Source of the DNA: Candidatus Krumholzibacteriia bacterium
GTDB taxonomy: Bacteria; Krumholzibacteriota; Krumholzibacteriia; WVZY01
NCBI GenBank assembly: GCA_046754105.1
Contig: JBHHVD010000029.1
Coordinates: forward strand, 1 to 33,616
Length of the DNA stretch: 33,616 nucleotides
Direction: 5' to 3'
Shown: one piece after another, positions 29,270 through 33,616 of the stretch
How the letters are laid out: each line of letters begins with the position of its first letter
Position numbering within the stretch: the first letter of the stretch is position 1
Made by a program: the position numbers and the translations under genes
The notes under the pieces: generated by a model
The model's input: only the letters and a program-made list of their open reading frames with translations
Database searches by the model: none
Told to the model about the DNA's origin: nothing

Positions 29270-29276
29270 ATCTCGA

Positions 29277-29504
29277 ATGATGACGATATTGACCCGACTA
29301 CTACTGGCAGCGATTGCTGCTTACCAGAAGATCGTTTCCCCATTTCTCCCCAACAGCTGTCGCTTTTATCCCAGCTGCTCGCAGTACGCCTTGCAGTCGA
29401 TCGAGACGTACGGGGCGTGGCGCGGTACGGCCCGCGCGATCCGGCGCATCTCCCGGTGCCACCCGTGGCACGAGGGAGGCCTGGATCCAGTGGAGAAACC
29501 CTGA
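29277..29504 (+). CDS. yidD: Membrane protein insertion efficiency factor YidD
   Basis: YQKIVSPFLPNSCRFYPSCSQYA and RISRCHPWHEGGLDPV. Confidence 0.95.
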   Translation: MMTILTRLLLAAIAAYQKIVSPFLPNSCRFYPSCSQYALQSIETYGAWRGTARAIRRISRCHPWHEGGLDPVEKP

Positions 29505-29519
29505 CCCCGGAGCGCTGAC

Positions 29520-31364
29520 GTGGAACGCCGTTTGTTACTTGCCTTTCTGTTGTCGACGATCCTCATCGTCGGATATCAAACACTCTATAATGGTCCACGG
29601 ATGCGCGAGGCCGCCCAGCAAAAAGAGGCGGCGCGAGTGGCGGAGCAACGGGCCGACTCGATCGCGGCTGCCCAGGCCAGGGTGCCAAGTAAAGGGGAGG
29701 AAGTACCCGAGCGGACACCCACGGCGGTAGAGCCGCCGGTGGAGGCAGCCGCACGGGACGACGACCTGACGCGTGCCGACGCGGGGAGCGCCACGGAAAT
29801 AAGCATTTCAACACCCCTCTTCCGGGTCACGCTGTCGAGTGCCGGTGGGGAGATCGTCTCCATCCGCCTTTTCGGATACGAAACCGCCGGTGAAGCGGTC
29901 GAGTTGATCGCGGCCCGCGACGATCCGGCGGGTGGGGCGCTGGCCCTTCGTCTGGCAGGGGAGGAGCGGGCGCTGCGGTTGGGCGACGTGCGCTTCGAGC
30001 CCTATTTCGTCGGCGGGACCCAGGTGATACCGGCCGGCACCGATGTTAGGGTCGACCCGTCGGCGGGAGATAAGACAATCCTTTTCCGGGTGGAAGCGAA
30101 GAACGGGAAACGGATAGAGCGCTACTACACGTTTTCTCCGAACGCGTATCTGTTCCGTACCGGTGTGCGCTACGCGGCGCGAGACTACCCGTTCGTGCGA
30201 CAGGTGGAGTGGGGGATGGGCCCGGGAATGGCGCCGACCGAATCCAACCAGCAAGACGACTATGCGGCCTTCCGGGCGAACCTTCGATTGGGCGACGAGT
30301 TTCATAAGAAAAAACGCGGCAATTTCACGGAAGAGTTTTCCGGCGTGGTCCAGTGGGCCGCGTTGAAGACGAAGTATTTCGCGACGATTCTGCTGCCGTT
30401 GGAGCCGACCGGGGGCGAAGCGCAGGTAGCAAGCAACAAGGAAGATTTCATGTCGGCTGCCATCCGCCTGCCGGCCGTCGAGCGGCGGGGGCGGGTGGAC
30501 CAGGCCATCGACGTTTACGCGGGGCCGCTGGATTACAAGGCGCTGAAAGCGATGGACCGCGGCGGCCTCGAGAAAAACGTCGATATTGGCTTCGACCACG
30601 TCAAGATCTTCAGGCCGGTCAGCTGGGCGGTCCTGTGGAGCATGCTCGCACTGCACAAGTTCATTCCGAACTACGGGATCGTCATTCTTCTCATTTCAAT
30701 CTTTACCAAGGTGGTTTTCTACCGGCTGACACACAAGAGCTTCAAGTCCATGCGCGACATGCAGGCGCTGCAGCCGAAACTCCAGGCACTCAAGGAGAAG
30801 TACAAGGATGACCGGCAGAAGCTGAGCGCGGAAACCATGCGTCTCTACAAAGAAGGCGGGGTCAATCCGCTCGGCGGTTGCCTGCCCATGTTGTTACAGA
30901 TGCCCGTGTTCCTGGCGTTGTTCAACGTGCTGCGCAACACGATCGAAATCCGGCGAGCGCCGTTCTTTGGATGGATAAACGACCTGTCGCAGCAGGACGT
31001 GCTCTTCGAGCTGCCCGTGAGCCTGCCGGTCATCGGGAGTGCCGTCAGCGTGCTGCCGATTCTCATGGGGGTCGGAATGTTGCTGCAGTCGAAAATCGGC
31101 GGATCGATAGCGGGACCGTCATCGACGACGACACAGCCGAAGGCGTTCACGTACATGATGCCCATTGTGTTTACGTTTCTTTTTTACCGGATGCCTTCCG
31201 GGCTGGTGCTCTACTGGCTGGTCAACACGGGACTGTCGGTGGCGCAGCAGTATTACATCAACAAGGGCGCGGCCGAGGACGAAAAAAAGAAAGCCGTGGA
31301 ACGCTCGCGAAAAGAGCAGCCGCCCAAGCCGAATCGGCCCAAGTCGAAAGCGAAGAAAGGATAA
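29520..31364 (+). CDS. yidC: Membrane protein insertase YidC (long, periplasmic-domain type)
   Basis: MERRLLLAFLLS anchor, YAGP, NYGIVI, KSMRDMQALQPKL, GVNPLGGCLPMLLQMPVF and PSGLVLYWLVN. GTG start with GGAG. Confidence 0.97.
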   Translation: MERRLLLAFLLSTILIVGYQTLYNGPRMREAAQQKEAARVAEQRADSIAAAQARVPSKGEEVPERTPTAVEPPVEAAARDDDLTRADAGSATEISISTPLFRVTLSSAGGEIVSIRLFGYETAGEAVELIAARDDPAGGALALRLAGEERALRLGDVRFEPYFVGGTQVIPAGTDVRVDPSAGDKTILFRVEAKNGKRIERYYTFSPNAYLFRTGVRYAARDYPFVRQVEWGMGPGMAPTESNQQDDYAAFRANLRLGDEFHKKKRGNFTEEFSGVVQWAALKTKYFATILLPLEPTGGEAQVASNKEDFMSAAIRLPAVERRGRVDQAIDVYAGPLDYKALKAMDRGGLEKNVDIGFDHVKIFRPVSWAVLWSMLALHKFIPNYGIVILLISIFTKVVFYRLTHKSFKSMRDMQALQPKLQALKEKYKDDRQKLSAETMRLYKEGGVNPLGGCLPMLLQMPVFLALFNVLRNTIEIRRAPFFGWINDLSQQDVLFELPVSLPVIGSAVSVLPILMGVGMLLQSKIGGSIAGPSSTTTQPKAFTYMMPIVFTFLFYRMPSGLVLYWLVNTGLSVAQQYYINKGAAEDEKKKAVERSRKEQPPKPNRPKSKAKKG

Positions 31365-31366
31365 TC

Positions 31367-32044
31367 ATGCCGCCCTCGGTTGAAAGCTCCGGGAAGACGA
31401 TCGAGCAGGCGCTGCAGAAAGCGCTTCGGGAGCTCGACGCACAACCAGAAGACGTCGACATCGAGATTCTGGAGGGCAGCAGTAAGGGATTTCTCGGCGC
31501 GATCTTCGGGGCCAGGACGGTGTCGATCCGGGTGACGCTGCGGGAGACAAGACGCACCGGCAATCATATCGGGGAGTTGAAAGAAATTATCCACCGGGTC
31601 CTGACGCTGATGGGTGTCGACTACAATATGAACATAGAGGAGATCCCCGATACCACATTCATCAACGTAAGTACCTCCGGTCTCGACGGGCTTCTCATCG
31701 GACGCCGCGGTGAGACGCTGAGCTCGCTCCAGCACGTGGTCAACCGGATCTTCACGAGCCGTACCGGGCAGCACAGCAAGATCACACTCGACGTTGGTGG
31801 ATACGTGAAGCGCAAACACCGACTCCTCATCGAACGGGCGCGCAAGTTTGCTGAGCGTGTGCGAAAAACCGGCAAGGACTTTGATTTCGAGCCATTGAAA
31901 GCCTCTGATCGCCGGATTATCCACCTGGCGATCTCCGACCATAACGACGTTACCACCTACACGATTGGTGACGGACTGCTCAGAAAAGTGGTCATCACTC
32001 CCCAACGCAGCGATTTTTCCGAAGAGTCCGGGACCGAAACCTAG
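31367..32044 (+). CDS. jag: Jag/EloR (KhpB) RNA-binding protein: Jag_N, KH and R3H domains
   Basis: GKTIEQALQKAL, SKGFLG, GLLIGRRGETLSSLQ and DRRIIH. Start reassigned to ATG 31367. Confidence 0.93.
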   Translation: MPPSVESSGKTIEQALQKALRELDAQPEDVDIEILEGSSKGFLGAIFGARTVSIRVTLRETRRTGNHIGELKEIIHRVLTLMGVDYNMNIEEIPDTTFINVSTSGLDGLLIGRRGETLSSLQHVVNRIFTSRTGQHSKITLDVGGYVKRKHRLLIERARKFAERVRKTGKDFDFEPLKASDRRIIHLAISDHNDVTTYTIGDGLLRKVVITPQRSDFSEESGTET

Positions 32045-32054
32045 CAAAGGAATC

Positions 32055-33446
32055 ATGCGGGTCGCGAACGAAGAGACCATCGCGGCGCTCTCCACGCCGG
32101 TGGGCGAATCGGGCATCGCCGTGATCCGTGTGACGGGCCCCGAGGCGCTTGCCGTTGTGCGCCGCGTGTTTTCGCCCGCGCGCGCGCACAGGAGCGACGG
32201 TGACCTGGAGCACCATCGCGTCTATCACGGCTATGTGGTCGGCGGCGATGAGATCGTCGACGAAGTGATGTGCGCGGTAATGCACGGCCCTGACTCCTAT
32301 ACCGGCCAGGACACGGTTGAGATTAGCTGCCACGGCAACTCCGCCCTGGTCTCCCGGGTTCTGGAGCTGTTGTACGGCGCGGGCGCTCGGGCCGCCGAGG
32401 CTGGAGAGTTCACCAAGCGGGCGTTTCTCAACGGCAAAATGGACCTCATCCAGGCGGAAGCGGTTGCCGATCTGATCCACTCACGCAGTGAGCTGCAGCG
32501 GCGGGTCGCGCAGGCACAGCTGGCCGGTAATCTCTCGAAACGCATCAACACGCTGGCCGCGGAGCTGCTCGATCTTCTCTGCGTGATCGAGGCAAACATC
32601 GACTTTATCGAGGACGACATCGACACCCTGGACGTGGAGACCTCGGTCGAAATGCTGCGGCGGCACGGCGAGACCCTGGACGAGCTGCTGGCCGGGGCCG
32701 AATTCAGCCGTCCGTTTCGCGAGGGCTACCGTGTCACGATCGCGGGGGCCGTGAACGCGGGCAAGAGCAGCCTGTTCAACCGCCTGGTGGGGGAGAGCCG
32801 GGCCATCGTTACCGAGATTCCAGGCACGACGCGGGACGTGCTGAGGGAACCCCTCGTCTTCGACGGGTTGCTGTTCATACTCCAAGACACCGCCGGCCTG
32901 CGTGGAACGGAAGACCGGATCGAGAGCATCGGTGTCGAACTGGCCAGAACCGCCATGAGCGAGGCGGACATCGTCCTCTACGTGGTGGACGCCACGGTAC
33001 CACCGCCGGGTGATTTGGACCGCACCATCGAGGCGCTGGACAGTGACCGCGCGGTGGTCACGCTGAGCAAGACCGATCAGCCGCGCGGCGTCACGGAGGC
33101 AAACCTGAGCGCGCGCTATCCCGGCCGGCGTATCGTCGAGACTTCGGCCGAAACGGGAGCCGGCGTCGACCTCCTCAAGAAATCGCTGGTTGAATGCGTC
33201 GGGCGCGATCAACTAAACTGGGTCGCCCGGGAGCGTGTGGTGCTCAACACGAGGCTTCTCGCGACCCTGCGCGAAGCGGCCGCGCAAATCGCCGTGCTGC
33301 AGAAGGCGCTCGAAGAACGCGCGCCGCTCGAGATACTTGCGCTCGACGCGCGCGAGGCGCTCGGGCTTTACGAAGCGGCCACGGGCAAGCGCTATTCGGA
33401 AGACCTGCTCGACCGCATCTTCTCGCGGTTCTGTATCGGCAAGTAG
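32055..33446 (+). CDS. mnmE: tRNA uridine-5-carboxymethylaminomethyl(34) GTPase MnmE
   Basis: TIAALSTP, GIAVIRVTG, SYTGQD.VEISCHG, GEFTKRAFLNGK, GAVNAGKSS, GTTRD, DTAG and terminal FCIGK. AAGGA SD. Confidence 0.97.
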   Translation: MRVANEETIAALSTPVGESGIAVIRVTGPEALAVVRRVFSPARAHRSDGDLEHHRVYHGYVVGGDEIVDEVMCAVMHGPDSYTGQDTVEISCHGNSALVSRVLELLYGAGARAAEAGEFTKRAFLNGKMDLIQAEAVADLIHSRSELQRRVAQAQLAGNLSKRINTLAAELLDLLCVIEANIDFIEDDIDTLDVETSVEMLRRHGETLDELLAGAEFSRPFREGYRVTIAGAVNAGKSSLFNRLVGESRAIVTEIPGTTRDVLREPLVFDGLLFILQDTAGLRGTEDRIESIGVELARTAMSEADIVLYVVDATVPPPGDLDRTIEALDSDRAVVTLSKTDQPRGVTEANLSARYPGRRIVETSAETGAGVDLLKKSLVECVGRDQLNWVARERVVLNTRLLATLREAAAQIAVLQKALEERAPLEILALDAREALGLYEAATGKRYSEDLLDRIFSRFCIGK

Positions 33447-33616
33447 GTCGGCGCCGCCCTGCCGGCGGCCCGTGCCGGTAGAGCCATCTTCCCGCCCGGA
33501 GGACCGGTCCTGTGTTTTCCAGCCCGTGGCGGGAACGAGCGAGGATCACCCGAGGCCCGATGCGGGTCCTGTCAGCGAACAGCCCACCCGTGCTCGAAGC
33601 CTGCGCGCGGGCGGGC

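Noticed and set aside
30878..31366. 163-aa N-terminal extension of Jag in the ORF track
   Set aside because: It lies inside yidC in another frame. The Jag_N domain starts at ATG 31367, with AAGGA upstream.

Overview
High-GC bacterial chromosome segment spanning the replication origin. The conserved core is rpmH-rnpA-yidD-yidC-jag-mnmE on the + strand, and dnaA-dnaN-recF ... dciA(DUF721)-gyrB-gyrA-rex plus a secreted FlgD-Ig-domain protein on the - strand. DnaA boxes flank dnaA on both sides, and a clear unwinding module (tandem boxes, DnaA-trios, A/T tract) lies between dnaA and dnaN. The usually contiguous recF-dciA junction is split by about 16.6 kb of accessory genes: a divergent GDPD/GlpD/FGGY-kinase operon, a two-permease RND efflux locus, a dinB-DUF2905-tag-tauE-lysE operon, an M24 peptidase, and an unusual Cys-cluster/CxxC-less DsbA-like fusion. 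The dinB operon carries gene scars, including a hidden frameshifted Asp/Glu racemase N-terminus. Gene content suggests an FCB-superphylum candidate lineage such as Krumholzibacteriota or Latescibacterota (inference). I found no CRISPR array, tRNA/rRNA, transposase or recognisable defence system. The best novelty candidates are the DsbA-like fusion, the non-canonical glp-like operon, the operon scars and a double-hairpin element between rnpA and yidD. All family calls come from reading motifs by eye; no database search was run.
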